A DNA stretch of 64,000 nucleotides, from positions 224,001-288,000 of the forward strand of contig CAWGJT010000009.1 of NCBI GenBank assembly GCA_963822965.1, in the 5' to 3' direction. Shown here piece after piece: positions 11,089-22,339 of the stretch. Numbering within the stretch: position 1 is the first letter of the stretch; every line of letters begins with the position of its first letter. The notes under the pieces were generated by a model that searched no databases, was not told the origin of the DNA, and saw nothing but the letters and a program-made list of their open reading frames with translations. The DNA comes from an uncultured delta proteobacterium (GTDB taxonomy: Bacteria; Myxococcota_A; UBA9160; UBA4427). Both the position numbers and the translations under genes were made by a program.

Positions 11089-12325
11089 ATGCAGAGAAAT
11101 GGCACTGGCGTTGGCAGGGCTGCTCCTGGCCGCGATCGGCTTCGGGGCGGGTCATCAGTTCGCGTTGCGAACGAATCCGATGGCGGCAGTCGAGCTGCCG
11201 GAGTCGCCGCCGCCCTCCCGCGCTCGCGGGAGTCTCGCCGGTCGTCGACGCCCTCATCGTCGTCGACCCCTTCCAGCGCGTCGAGAGGCTGGCCGCGCTG
11301 CTGCAGAAGCTCGGTCCCGCCGACGTGCCCGAGGTCGTCGAGGCCCTGGAGACGAACGGCGTCGATGCGGACGCGGTCGAGGTCACCATGCTCGTCCGCT
11401 TCTGGGCCGCGATACGAGCCCGCGGCCGCGACGGAGTGGGCCTTCAGCAAGCCGGCCCTCAGCCTGCGACCCCTGGCGATCATGGCCGCCGTCGAGGAGT
11501 GGGCCTCCCAGGATCCCCAGGCGGCCCTCGAAGGCATCCGCACGATCACGGGCGGAGCCCGGGGCACCAACGTCGACCTGGCCGAGGTCGGGCTGATGCG
11601 CGGGTGGTTCGACTCGGGCCACTTCGCGGGGGTCGAGGACTTTCTCCTGGAGCTGGGCCCGAGCTTCGAGCAGCAGCGCTGCATCGCCGCCTTCGCCCGG
11701 CAGATGATCAAGCGCGCAGGGGCCGACGCTCGCCGAGGCCTGGGCCGAGGCGATCCCCGACGAGCCCGAGTACTTCAAGCTCGCCGTCTTCCGCCAGGTC
11801 TCCTCGGAGCTCACCCAGGCAGATCCGGCGATCGGCGTGGCATGGTGTGAGAAGCACTGCGACGGCCCCTTCGGCGACACGGTTCGCCAGCTCGTGGCCA
11901 CCCGCTGGGCGGCGCGAGACGGCCAGGCGGCGCTGGAGTGGCTCTCGAAGGCTCCCGAGGGTCGCGATCGGAATCGCGCCGTGATCTCCGCCTTTCGTCG
12001 CTGGTGGCAGAAGGACGTGGGCGAGTCCGCCTCCCGCTGGCTCGAATCGATCGGGATCGAGGGCTTCCAACCGTGGATGGCTCCGGCCGTGGCCGTCTAC
12101 GCGCCTCACCTCGCTCACACCGACCCCCAGAAGGCGCTCGAGTGGGCGCCCTTCGCGGAGGAGGACCGCAAGACGTCGGTCCTGATCGGCATCGCTCGCA
12201 ACTGGCGGCAGCACGACGCGGCGGCCGCGGACGCCTGGATCGATCGGTCGCCCCTCAACGAGGAGCAGCGCGCAAAGGCCCGGGGCGAGACGAGGAAGCG
12301 CAGCGGAAAGGCTTCGGCGCCCTGA
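11089..12325 (+). CDS. Membrane-anchored alpha-helical repeat protein with W-x3-DP-x-AA-x2-W repeats (frameshifted)
   Basis: Stitched frames give an N-terminal TM plus WASQDPQAAL, WAARDGQAALEW, AHTDPQKALEW and WRQHDAAAADAW. Confidence 0.7.
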
Positions 12326-12350
12326 GCGCCACGGGACCCCCGTCCCGCAC

Positions 12351-12686
12351 TCACCAGACCACCCGGTCTCCTACCGCATAGATCCTGCAGGGGGCCTGCA
12401 TCCGGCGCTCCAGCCGGTGTGCCGCGCACTCCTCGAGCGCGGCGGCCTGCGCGGCGTCGTCGGATGGCTGTGCCGCGGAGGCTCCCGCGACCCACGCCCG
12501 GTCGGGATCCCCAGCGACCGCCAGGGCACGGTGCGGAGACAAGGCCTGGTACTTCCGCCAGAGGCTCTCCAGGCCCCGGTGGGGTGGGCGCCCACCCTGC
12601 ATGGCGCAGGCCGCGACGGCCAGCAGCACGACGAGCAGGGCGGCAGGAGCTGCGCGGGAGAGAGTCGCCGTCCATGCGCGCCTCAC
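12351..12686 (-). CDS. Small putative lipoprotein with a Cys pair
   Basis: GGGAGG RBS plus GTG. Hydrophobic stretch ending LAVAAC; AALEEC...PCRIYAVG. Confidence 0.6.
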   Translation of the reverse strand: MRRAWTATLSRAAPAALLVVLLAVAACAMQGGRPPHRGLESLWRKYQALSPHRALAVAGDPDRAWVAGASAAQPSDDAAQAAALEECAAHRLERRMQAPCRIYAVGDRVVW

Positions 12687-12842
12687 TCGAGGCCCTCCCC
12701 CTTGCTGTTCGCTTCCCGGCCCGCCCACACGCTCGCCCCCATCCTCGCCCGGCACACGGGCCGTACGGTACAGGAGAGAGGCGATACGGAGAGAGAGGCG
12801 ATCCGTCGAGGTAGAACCAGGCGGCACGGGGCAGACGGTACA

Positions 12843-12885
12843 GAAAGAAATCCCCGGAGCAGGTTCGCAGACCTGCCCCGGGGAC
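12843..12885 (-). terminator. Rho-independent terminator of the IPTL-CTERM-like gene
   Basis: Minus strand CCCCGGGGCAGGT-ctgcga-ACCTGCTCCGGGG followed by ATTTCTTTCT, ~50 nt after the stop at 12934. Confidence 0.8.
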
Positions 12886-12933
12886 TCTGGACTTCCGACC
12901 CGGATCGCGCCGGGTCGCTGGCTCGACCGCGAG

Positions 12934-14015
12934 CTAGGCGGCGGCCGACCTGCGGATCTTCATGGTCGCAGCACCCGCCAGCAAGAGCGCCAGGGCGGCG
13001 ATGCCCCAGGTGCCGAGCGTGGGAGACTGCTGGCCGACCGTGATGCTCAGCCAACCGCGGTTGGCGTTCGGGGCGGTCAGGGTGCGGTTGCTGATGGAGC
13101 CGGAGACCAGCGAGATCGACCCGAGGCCGTTCACGCGAGAGTCCATCCCGGAGAGCACGAACACCTCGTTGGTGCTGCCCGCGTTCTGGGTGATCGAAAC
13201 GGTCAGCATGCCGGTCGTCCAGGGACCACCCACGCTGGTGGCCGGATTCGGAAGGCCAGGCACGCCGAGGCCCGTCGGGGTGATGTAGGTGATCACACCG
13301 TTGGCGGCCACACGGATCTGGAACACGCCGTTGGACGGCGCCGCGCCGTTCGTCGCCACGACCACGCCGAAGGGCGCGCCCTGGGCACCGGTTCCCGCCG
13401 GCGTCGCGAGAGCGAACACCACCTGGCAGCCGGGGTTCGTCGCGAAGTCGCACGGGGCCGCCGCACCGGCGCGGACCGCCACGTCGGCGAAGCCGCCCGT
13501 CGCAGCACGCGCCGGGCCACCGAACTGGTTCGTCGTCTTCGTGTAGCGCATCAGACCGTTGATGCTGGCGTTACGGACCGCCCGCCGCGCTCGCGCAGCC
13601 CGGGTTGCCCTAGGCCGTCACGACGTCCCCGTCGCAGAAGCTCACGGTGGCAGCGCCGGTCCGGCCACCCGCCGCAAACGTGGCGACCTGATTCGGGAAG
13701 TCGATGACGATGCCGGTATTGACCTGGAACACGTTCGGGTTGGCGAGGAACACGCCGATGTTGAAGGGCGTGCCGGAGTGATGCATCTGGCTGGCCGAAA
13801 TCTGCATCGGCCGGGGATCGGCGCCGGTCAAGGGCTGTCGAACGCCCGCGCCGTCGACGGCCAGAGCCGGGACTGCGATCGGGATCGGAAGACCGTTGCC
13901 GATCTGGTACTGCGCGGTGCCGGTAATCGGGTACCGAGCCATCTGTGCGTTCGCGCTCGTGGCCCACACCGCGAGTGCGAACTGCGAGCACGAACGTGGA
14001 AAACCTCGAAGTCAT
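12934..14015 (-). CDS. Secreted Gly/Thr-rich surface protein with IPTL-CTERM-like sorting signal (frameshifts near 13975 and 13560-13610)
   Basis: Strong RBS, signal peptide ending ANA-Q, and C-terminal SPTLGTWGIAALALLLAGAATMKIRR (motif, TM, basic tail). Confidence 0.8.
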
Positions 14016-14134
14016 GACCTCTCCTCTTCCTCTGAATTCTTGTCTGACGCTTCATCTGCTGATGATCAGGTTCCCGCCCGGGCCCGAAGCGAGACGCCTG
14101 AAGCTGTGCGAACTGCGATCCGGTCTGACAGAAC

Positions 14135-14150
14135 TGCAAATTCCGGGCCT
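14135..14150 (-). promoter_or_regulatory. Putative sigma54 (-24/-12) promoter
   Basis: AGGCCCG-GAAT-TTGCA has exact GG-N10-GC spacing, lies 120 nt upstream of ATG 14015 in a relatively AT-rich intergenic region. Confidence 0.6.
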
Positions 14151-14264
14151 GTCACCGCCAGCTGAAAATGCCTTTGGTTTCCGGGGCTCACGGACAATTT
14201 CCCGTGGGGATCTAGGAAGCTGAGTTCCGCTTGAGGGAAAAACGATTCCCTGTCTGAACCAGGA

Positions 14265-16605
14265 TCATCCACCCCGCGGGCTGTCCGTTCCCGCATCCCG
14301 GCCGCTCTCTTCCCCCTCTGCGGCGGCCGCAGGCTCAGCCCGCAGCCGAGCCAGCAGCGCGCGGGCCGGCTCGCCGCCCCCGAAGCGCACCCCCTGCTCG
14401 GCCAGCAGCAGCACCTGATCGTCGTCCGACCCGGACCCCGAATCGAGCAGCAGCTGGGCGAGCTGGGCGGCGACCGCCCCCTCGTCTGGACGGTCGGCGA
14501 GCAACGCCCGGAGCTGGTCGGCGGCTTCCGACGACCGCCCGAGAGCCACCAGGGCTCGGGCGGCTCCGCGGCGGGCGTCGACGTCGCTCGGGTCGATCGC
14601 GGTCGCGCGCTCGAAGAGGGCAAGAGCGGTCTTGGGATCCTCGCGGAGCCACCAGTCGCCCCAGACCCGCCACGGCGCGCTCGTTCTGGGCGTCGAGCTG
14701 CAGCGCGCTCTCGTAGGCCGAGCGCGCTTCGTCGCTCCGCCCGTCCTGCTCGAGCACGAAGCCCTGGATCTCGTGGAACGCAGAGGCATCGGGGTGCGCC
14801 TTCAGGCCGGCCGCGAGATCGGCCCGCGCCGCGGCATCCAGGGCCTCGCCGCCCGGGGCTCCACGCTCGCGCGCCTCCCGGGACAGGACCAGCAGCTCGC
14901 GGAGCGCGTCGGCCTGCTCCGGATTCGCGAGATCGAGTCCCGGCTGCTCGCGCAGCACGCGAACGGCCGCCGCCGGCCCCAGCCGCTCGCGTACCCCCTT
15001 CGCGAAGCTGGCCAGCGCGGCGCCGTAGAACACGGGGGCTCCGGCGTGGAATCGCTGGAGCTCGTTGCGCGCGGCGTCGCCCTGCTCGAGACGGCCCCAC
15101 AGCCGCATGGAGAGGAGCTCACCCTCCAGGTTCAGCGGCGCGTTCTGCGACTGGATGCGAAGCATGACGACTGCGTCGGCGGGCCTGCCCTGGGCGACCT
15201 GAAGGCGCGCAAGCCGAACGCGGGCATCCGTGGCGCCCGCGTTGATCCGGATCGAGTAGCGATAGGCGTCGATCGCCCGATCGAAGTCCCCGATCGCTTC
15301 GGCGGCGCGGGCCGCGTAGTAGCGGGCCCAGGGATTGTCGGGCCAGAGCCGCAGCGCCTCGTCGAAGTGCTCGAGGGCTTCGGCGGGGTGGCCGCGCTCC
15401 TGGGCCACCCGGGCGCGGATCACCTCCTTGTGAGCGTCCACCGTCATGTCGTCCGCGACGGCCAGGGACTCGTCGAAGCGACCCGCGAGCAGCAGGGCGT
15501 CCGCGTACTCGAGCAGCATCTGGGGCTGCACACTGCCGGCGGCCTTGGCCTTCTCGATGCAGCGCCCGAGCGCGTCGGCGGCCTCTTCCTCCTTGCCGAG
15601 CTCCTGGTAGTGCTTCGCGAGGTCGAACCAGGCCGCGGCGGCGACGGCGGGCTCGGAGCTGCCCGTCGGCTCGAGGAGGATCTTCTCGGCCTCGGTGACG
15701 TTTCCCATGGCGCGGAGCCGCTGAGCCAGACGCACCCGGTAGTCCCGGGAGGCCGGCGCCGTATCGACGGCGGCCCGCAGGATGTCGAGCGAGCGAGCGT
15801 ACTCGCCGTGCTTGTCGTAGAACTCGATCGCCGATCCGACCACGTTCGGGTGATCCGGAAAGCGCTCGAGACAGTCCTCCCAGCGGGTGCGGGCGGTCTC
15901 CTCCTCGTCGCTCTCGTCCGCGAAGATCGCCCGGGTCGAGCAGTGCCACGCCTGCACACTGGGGTCGAGCTGGTTCTCCTCGATGAGCTTCCCGAGCTCG
16001 TCGATCGCCTGGCCCGCCTCCTCGTACCGCTCGAGCGCGAGCAGGGCCAGGATCTTGGGCTCCATCACGTCGGCATTCGTGGGATCGAGCTCCTGGATGC
16101 GGGCGGCGTCCGCAAGCGCCTCCTCGGGGTGCAGGCGCGAGTGGGCGTAGGCGTTGGCGCGCATCAGCAGCAGGTCGAGGTCGTCGGGATTGCTCTCGAG
16201 CAGCTCGGTCAGGCTGGCGATGGCGGCCGGGTAGTTGCCGGTCGACAGCTCGCCGTAGGCGAGCTGTCGACCGGCGGCCTGGCGCCATTCCGGGTCGTCC
16301 ATCGCCTTGCGCAGGGACCACTCGGCCAGACTGGTCTGGCCGGTCATCGCGAGCCCGCGCCCGTACAGATAGTTGACCTCGGGGTCGTTCCGGTCCTTCG
16401 CGAGCAACGCCCGCAGGGGCTCGAGAGAGCCCGCGAAGTCGCCCTTGGCCTGCTGGTCGCGAACCGCCTGCAACGGGTCGGACGGGGAGCAGCCACAGAG
16501 CGCCACGGCGGCGAGGCACACCAGCACGAGCGCCGGACCGCCGGCACGCAGGCCGCGCGATGGTCGTCGGTTCGGAACGTCGGGGAAGTCGGACGCGGTA
16601 CGCAT
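14265..16605 (-). CDS. Large TPR lipoprotein (frameshift near 14640)
   Basis: Lipobox-like ALCGC and many TPR units. The C-terminus continues in the 14265..14789 frame. Confidence 0.8.
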
Positions 16606-16787
16606 CGGCGCAGTATAGACCCGCTCTCCGCCGTCCGGACAGAGCCCGCCTCGGCGCCCCGGGCGAACGGAGAGCTGCCGACGGGTTGCGCCTTCACGCG
16701 TCCGGGATGCGGGGGCCGGCGAACCTCCTGGACGCGTTTGCGGCGCGAGCAGACCCATCTCGGGTCGGCCTGCTAGCTTGCCGCCCC

Positions 16788-18194
16788 ATGTCGAAGCTCC
16801 TGGACAAACGGTGGCCGTGGGTGGTCGTCGCGATCGCGGCCATCGGGCTCTTCCTCTCGACGTTCCTGGAAGTCCACATCGGCGGGGATGACGACCCCCG
16901 TCCGATCGGCAGCGCCGAGGACATCGCCGCGCTCGCCCAACGCCAGGACACGAACGTGCTCTTCGTTCTGATCGACACCCTGCGAGCCGATCGCCTGAAG
17001 ACCTACGGCTACTCGCGCGACACCGACCCCCAGATCGACCGCCTGGCATCGAGCGGAGTCGTCTTCCGGCGTCACCTGGCGCAGTCGTCCTGGACCAAGT
17101 GCTCGATGGCCTCGCTGTGGACGGGCATGTACCCCGCGCGCAGCGGCATCACGCGCTTCGACGACATCATCCCGGAGGCGGCCCGGATGCCCGCCGAGAT
17201 CCTGAAGGACGCCGGCTTCCAGACCATCGGCATCTTTCGCAACGGCTGGGTGGCACCCACCTTCGGCTTCGAGCAGGGCTTCGACACCTACCTGAGACCG
17301 GCGCCGCGCCCGCTTCCCCCTTCGGTGCGGATGGAGAACCCCACCATCACGGCCAAGGGCACGGACGAGGACGCGGTGGCCGCCGCCATCGAGTTCCTGC
17401 GCGTGCGGGGAGACCAGCGATGGTTCCTGTACGTCCACCTGATGGACGTGCACGAGTACCTCTACGACGAGGAATCGGCGCTCTTCGGAGGCAGCTACTC
17501 GGACGTCTACGACAACGCCGTCCGCTGGACCGACGGCGCCCTGGGGGCGCTGCTCGAGTACCTGGCGGCGGAGGGATACACGAAGAACACGCTGGTGGTG
17601 ATCGCCGCCGACCACGGCGAAGCGTTCCGCGAGCGGGGTCTCGAAGGACACGCCCGGCAGGTCTACCGCGAGACGACCGAGATCCCCTTGATCCTCTCCT
17701 TCCCGTTCCGGCTCGAGCCCCGGGTCGACGTCACCGTCCGCACGCGCAACGTCGACGTCTGGCCGACGATCCTCGACCTGATCGGGATGGAGCCCATGGC
17801 CGATACCGACGGGCGATCCCTGGTGCCGGAGATCCTCGCGAGCGCGCGCGGCGAAGGGCCCGCCGAGGCCGAGCGAATGGGAATCTCGCACCTCGATCAG
17901 CACTGGGGCCAGCGCACCGAGGCGCCGCTGCCCACGGTGGCGGTGACCGAGGGATCGCTTCGCTACGTCCGCGTCGACGAGGCGGACCATCGCGTGGAGC
18001 AGCTCTTCGACGCGAGCGTCGACCCCGGCGAGCTGCACGACCGGTCTCGCGAGGACCCGGCGACCGTCGAACGCCTGCGAAAGGTCGCGGACGCCTACCT
18101 CGAGGAGCAGCCGACCTGGGGTGCCGTCCCGAAGCGCGAGGTCGGCGAGATGGAGCTGAATCAGCTGCGCGCCCTGGGCTACGCGATTCCCTGA
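16788..18194 (+). CDS. Membrane-anchored sulfatase-like (alkaline phosphatase superfamily) protein
   Basis: IDTLRAD, SSWTKCSMASLWTG, HLMDVH, ADHGEAF...GH and terminal QLRALGY. Confidence 0.88.
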   Translation: MSKLLDKRWPWVVVAIAAIGLFLSTFLEVHIGGDDDPRPIGSAEDIAALAQRQDTNVLFVLIDTLRADRLKTYGYSRDTDPQIDRLASSGVVFRRHLAQSSWTKCSMASLWTGMYPARSGITRFDDIIPEAARMPAEILKDAGFQTIGIFRNGWVAPTFGFEQGFDTYLRPAPRPLPPSVRMENPTITAKGTDEDAVAAAIEFLRVRGDQRWFLYVHLMDVHEYLYDEESALFGGSYSDVYDNAVRWTDGALGALLEYLAAEGYTKNTLVVIAADHGEAFRERGLEGHARQVYRETTEIPLILSFPFRLEPRVDVTVRTRNVDVWPTILDLIGMEPMADTDGRSLVPEILASARGEGPAEAERMGISHLDQHWGQRTEAPLPTVAVTEGSLRYVRVDEADHRVEQLFDASVDPGELHDRSREDPATVERLRKVADAYLEEQPTWGAVPKREVGEMELNQLRALGYAIP

Positions 18195-18212
18195 AGCGGC
18201 GCGGTCTCGAGC

Positions 18213-21016
18213 TCAGAAATCGATCGTGAGCGTCACGCCGTAGGTGCGCGGATCGCCGACGAAGGCGATCACGATCTTCTGGAAGGTCGAGCCGTCGAAC
18301 GCGAAGGTCTTGTAGGGCTCGTTGGTCAGGTTGCGGACCCAGCCCGCCAGCTCGATGCGCGCGTCCGGGGTGCGGTAGGCGAGCCGCAGGTTGTGCAGCC
18401 AGAAGGCCTTCTGGCCGATGGTGTTGCCGGGCATGAAATCGACGTCCTGGGCGTTGGGGAGGCCCCGGCCCTGGCTCGCGTCGTAGAAGGTGTCGTCCGT
18501 CCAGGCCCCGTCGTAGCGACCCGTGATCGTGCCGTATCGGCCGATCGGCACCGTCTGCTCGGCGGTGATGCTGAACTTGAACTCGGGAGAGTTCAGGGTG
18601 TTGTGCCCGGAGTTGTCGACCTCCCGACTCACGGTGAAGGACGAGTTGCCGACCTGCTTCTGGGTGAGCTGGATCTGCGTGAAGTCGAGGAAGCGGCTGT
18701 CCAGCCAGCTGAAGCGGAGCCTGCAGGAACGCGCCCGTACCACGGCCGGCCGACCAGGTCGATCTCCGAGCCGTACACCCGGGCGTCGTTGGCGTTGAGG
18801 ACCACGAACTCGGGGCCCTGGATCGACTGCTGGACGGTGAAGATCTGGTAGTCCTTGTAGTCGTAGTAGAAGAGCGATCCGTCGAGTCCCAGACGGCCGT
18901 TGAACCAGCTCCCGCGCAGGCCCATCTCCCAGGCGTCGATCTGCTCGGGCTTGGCGTCGGTGACGCCCTCGAAGAGCGAGCTGGTGGCGTTGAAGTGGCC
19001 GCCCTTCCAGCCGTGCGTGTACTTCCAGTAGGCGTGGGTGTCCTCGCGGAAGCGATAGGTCAGCCGGATCGTGCCCGTCGGCGCCTGCCAGGCCTTGCTG
19101 GGCTTGTCGGTGACGAAGACTACCGTTGCGATCGAGACGGTAGTCCATCGTCTTCTGTTCCCAGTTGTAGCGGGCACCGCCGTCCAGGGTGAAGTCGTCC
19201 CAGAAGTCCCAGGTCGAAGCTTCACGTAGCCGGCCCAGCTGTAGATGTTCTGGGTGTACTCCCGCCCTGCCACGTTGACGCTGACTCGCGTCGCCAAAAT
19301 CGTTCCTGATCTTGACGTCGAGCTTCTCGAGCAGCGTGAAGCCGCCGACTTCCCAGTCGACCGGCTGGATCCGCGGTGTCCCGGAAGACCTGCCCCGAGA
19401 GGCCGAGGCTCTGGGCGAACTGCTGGCCCTTGTCGTCCGTCTTGATCTCGAAGAGCACGTTGGGCCCGAAGTCGAGGTCGACGTCGATGGTTCGGTCGTA
19501 GGCGTCGTAGCCCGAGACGGACGTGAGGGTGAGGTCGCCCGGCAGCACCGTGTCGCCCTTGACGACCACGCCGTAGGTGTCGTTCGTGGTCTGACCCACC
19601 CGGTCGTAGTCGCCGCGCCAGGGCCGCTTGTCGAGCCCCGTGGCGATCGCCTTGGCGACCGCCCGCTTGGTGTTGTTGGTCGCGATGCGGCCCTGCGTTG
19701 GTGGTGCACGACGGCTCGCAGAACGCGCGCTCCTTGGCCAGGCGCTCGTCGAACATCTCCTGGACGTCGGGCTCGATGTAGCCGCCGCCGTCCGCTTGTC
19801 CGAGCGAGCCGGAGATGCGGCCCGGCGGCGTCGGCGGGCGGCGGGAAGCAGGCGGTGATGGGCTGGGTGGGATCGCAGTAGAAGCCGCTGGTTCCGGCGG
19901 ACTGACCGAGCCGGGAGTTCTCGTCGCGCCGCTGGCCGTGGGCGCTCACCAGGATCTCGGTGTCGAGGTTCGGCTCGATCAGGAAGGTCCCCCGGGCCGC
20001 CCAGTTGCCCTGGTCGTTCACGTCCCTGGGGAGACCCACGGGAATGGTGGAGCGGCCGTCGGAGATGGTCCTGTCGGGGTTGCGTCTGACCGACCCGGAG
20101 GACGTCCTCACCGCAGATCGACCAGCGGGGGTCCGTGGGCGGCGAGTTGGGAACCTGGGGCGGCGGACGCACGCCGCGCTCGGTCGAAGGGCGGCGCGCC
20201 GCCGCAGCCGTTCTTCGCGAAGCCGTCGCGCTGCGTCAGACGGAACGCGAAGCGCGAGCCGACGATGTCCTCGACGATCGGCGCTTCCACCGCCCCTTCG
20301 ACGTCGATCGCGTTGAAGCGCCCGTACGAGGACCTCATGTAGGCGCCGTAGTTGCCCGACGGCTTGCGCGTGTAGAGCTTGATCGCACCCGCCGAGGCGT
20401 TCCGCGCCGGCCCGGTGCCCTGGGGGCCGCGCTGGACGTTCACCGCTCCATGTCGAAGAGCGTTCCGAGCTGCAGGGCGGGCGAGTTGATGGGGACATCG
20501 TCCTGGTAGATCGCGACCGCGCCCGAGGAGTTGGAGTTGAAGTCGTTGAGGCCCGACGCCGCGGATGAAGAAGGTGGGGGAGGTCTGCCCGGCGGTGACG
20601 ATCTCGAGGTTCGGGGTGAACTTTGCGATGTCGGCCACGTTGAAGGCGCCGGCCGCCTCGAGATCCGCGGCGTTGAAGCCGGTGACGGAATCGCTCGAAG
20701 AGAAGTCGGCAACCGCGTCCGACTCCCCGGCCAGCACCACGCGCTCCTCGATGCCCGAGCTCGGCTGGCCCGAGCTCTCCTCGGGCGACGCTTGATCGGG
20801 CGCTTCCTGGGAGGCGACAGGAGCCTGCTCCTGGCTCCCACCGGAGCCGGCGGCCTGCGCGCTTGCGAGATTGGGCTCTAGGGTCGAAGCCGCCAGGAGG
20901 AGCCCGATCAGGACTCGTCCCCGGCGCTGGATGGGGGTTCCCTTCACCTTCTCCTCGTAGCGCGCCGGGCGCCGTTCAGCGATTTCCTGAGACTTGCGTG
21001 TGCCATTCGGCGACAC
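18213..21016 (-). CDS. TonB-dependent receptor, copy 2 (multiple frameshifts)
   Basis: FFIRGVG, NDFNSN, AIYQDDV, RGPQGT, RNASAGAIK, GWKGGHFN and terminal GDPRTYGVTLTIDF. Confidence 0.9.
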
Positions 21017-21038
21017 GATGCGATAATCCTAAGCGTCC

Positions 21039-22133
21039 ATGCATACCCCGGTCAATGGAGTTGCGACGAGGAAGGCCCCGGCCCGGACGGCTTTGTCCGC
21101 TTGGGCTCCTCCGTATTGGTCCCTTCTGGGCCGGCTGGCCGCGCTCGTCCTGCTTGTCTCCCTGCTGTCGACTCCTGCGACCGCCGAAGGCCCCCCGGCC
21201 GGCCCTTCCGAGGCGCCGGCCGGGGCTCCCACCGAGAAGCAGATCGAAGACCAGTGGCTACCGGCGTTCGCAATCGCCTCCGGCATCACGTTCCAGCGTC
21301 AGCAGGCCAGCGTGCAGAGCCGCGACGTGACCAACGACACGGAGCTGCGCCCCTACGACGACGGCCGCGACTGGGAGATCAGCCCCTACCTCGGCATCAG
21401 CCTCGAGCTGGCGAGCCCGGTGGTGCGATCGATCCCCGGAGGCCCGCGTTTCTTCGTGAACGCGGAGCTGCTGCCCACCTTCGGCGCCGCACTCGACCTC
21501 GCGAAGGAGGGCGACCCCAAGGGCTTCCTCCTGCCGGAGACGGAGCCCGTGCCGCCCTCCATGCAGTGTCCCTTCGGCATCAACTGCTTCGACCAGAACT
21601 CCATCGCAGGGGTCGGCAGCCGCACCACCGCGCAGGTGCAACCGCTCGTGTTCGCGTCACATGCGGGTGTCTCCATTCCCTTCGAGCTGTACGGCCGACG
21701 GCTCTACGTCAAGCCTTCCTTCGGTTGGATCCGCTACACGATGAAGGTGGATGGACGCGTGCTCTCGGCCCTGAAGCCCTCCCTGCAGCCGGGCGACATC
21801 CAGGTGCCCGACATCCGCTTCATCACCCTCGAGAACGAGGAGAAGCAGTCGTTCGACGCCATCGGACCCGGCCTCGAGCTCGAGCTCGACGTGGGTCGCT
21901 TCGGCCCCCTCGCCCCTTCGCTCTACATCGAAGGCCACGGCTATCGCCTCCTCGGCGACCGGACGATGAAGTTCTCCGACTCTTCGGGTCTGCTGCAGTG
22001 CGGGCCGGGGTCCTCGTTCGCCTGCCCCGTGGTGCTTCCGCCGGCCGAATACGACGCCCGCTGGTCGTTCAAGGCGGATCCCTGGATCTACCGGGGCGGC
22101 ATCGGGATGCGCTTCCGGTGGATCGGCTACTAG
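21039..22133 (+). CDS. Putative outer-membrane beta-barrel protein, copy 2
   Basis: Intact 364 aa ORF, signal peptide ending ATA, amphipathic strands, two Cys pairs, aromatic C-terminus (GIGMRFRWIGY). Confidence 0.7.
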   Translation: MHTPVNGVATRKAPARTALSAWAPPYWSLLGRLAALVLLVSLLSTPATAEGPPAGPSEAPAGAPTEKQIEDQWLPAFAIASGITFQRQQASVQSRDVTNDTELRPYDDGRDWEISPYLGISLELASPVVRSIPGGPRFFVNAELLPTFGAALDLAKEGDPKGFLLPETEPVPPSMQCPFGINCFDQNSIAGVGSRTTAQVQPLVFASHAGVSIPFELYGRRLYVKPSFGWIRYTMKVDGRVLSALKPSLQPGDIQVPDIRFITLENEEKQSFDAIGPGLELELDVGRFGPLAPSLYIEGHGYRLLGDRTMKFSDSSGLLQCGPGSSFACPVVLPPAEYDARWSFKADPWIYRGGIGMRFRWIGY

Positions 22134-22339
22134 TGTCCTGTGCCAGAAGTTCGCTGTCGAAGTCGGCGCCCCTTCGATCTGTGTCCCGCCGCGGGAGCTC
22201 GGCGTCGGCGCCGATGGGCGGGAGGCCCCGCTCTTCGCGCCCCGCCGACGCGACCCGGACCTGATCCATCCCCGCCCGAGCCTCCTCACGACTGGCGGCG
22301 CTCCTCGCGCACCTGGCGTCCCTCGCCGTACTCGCGCTG

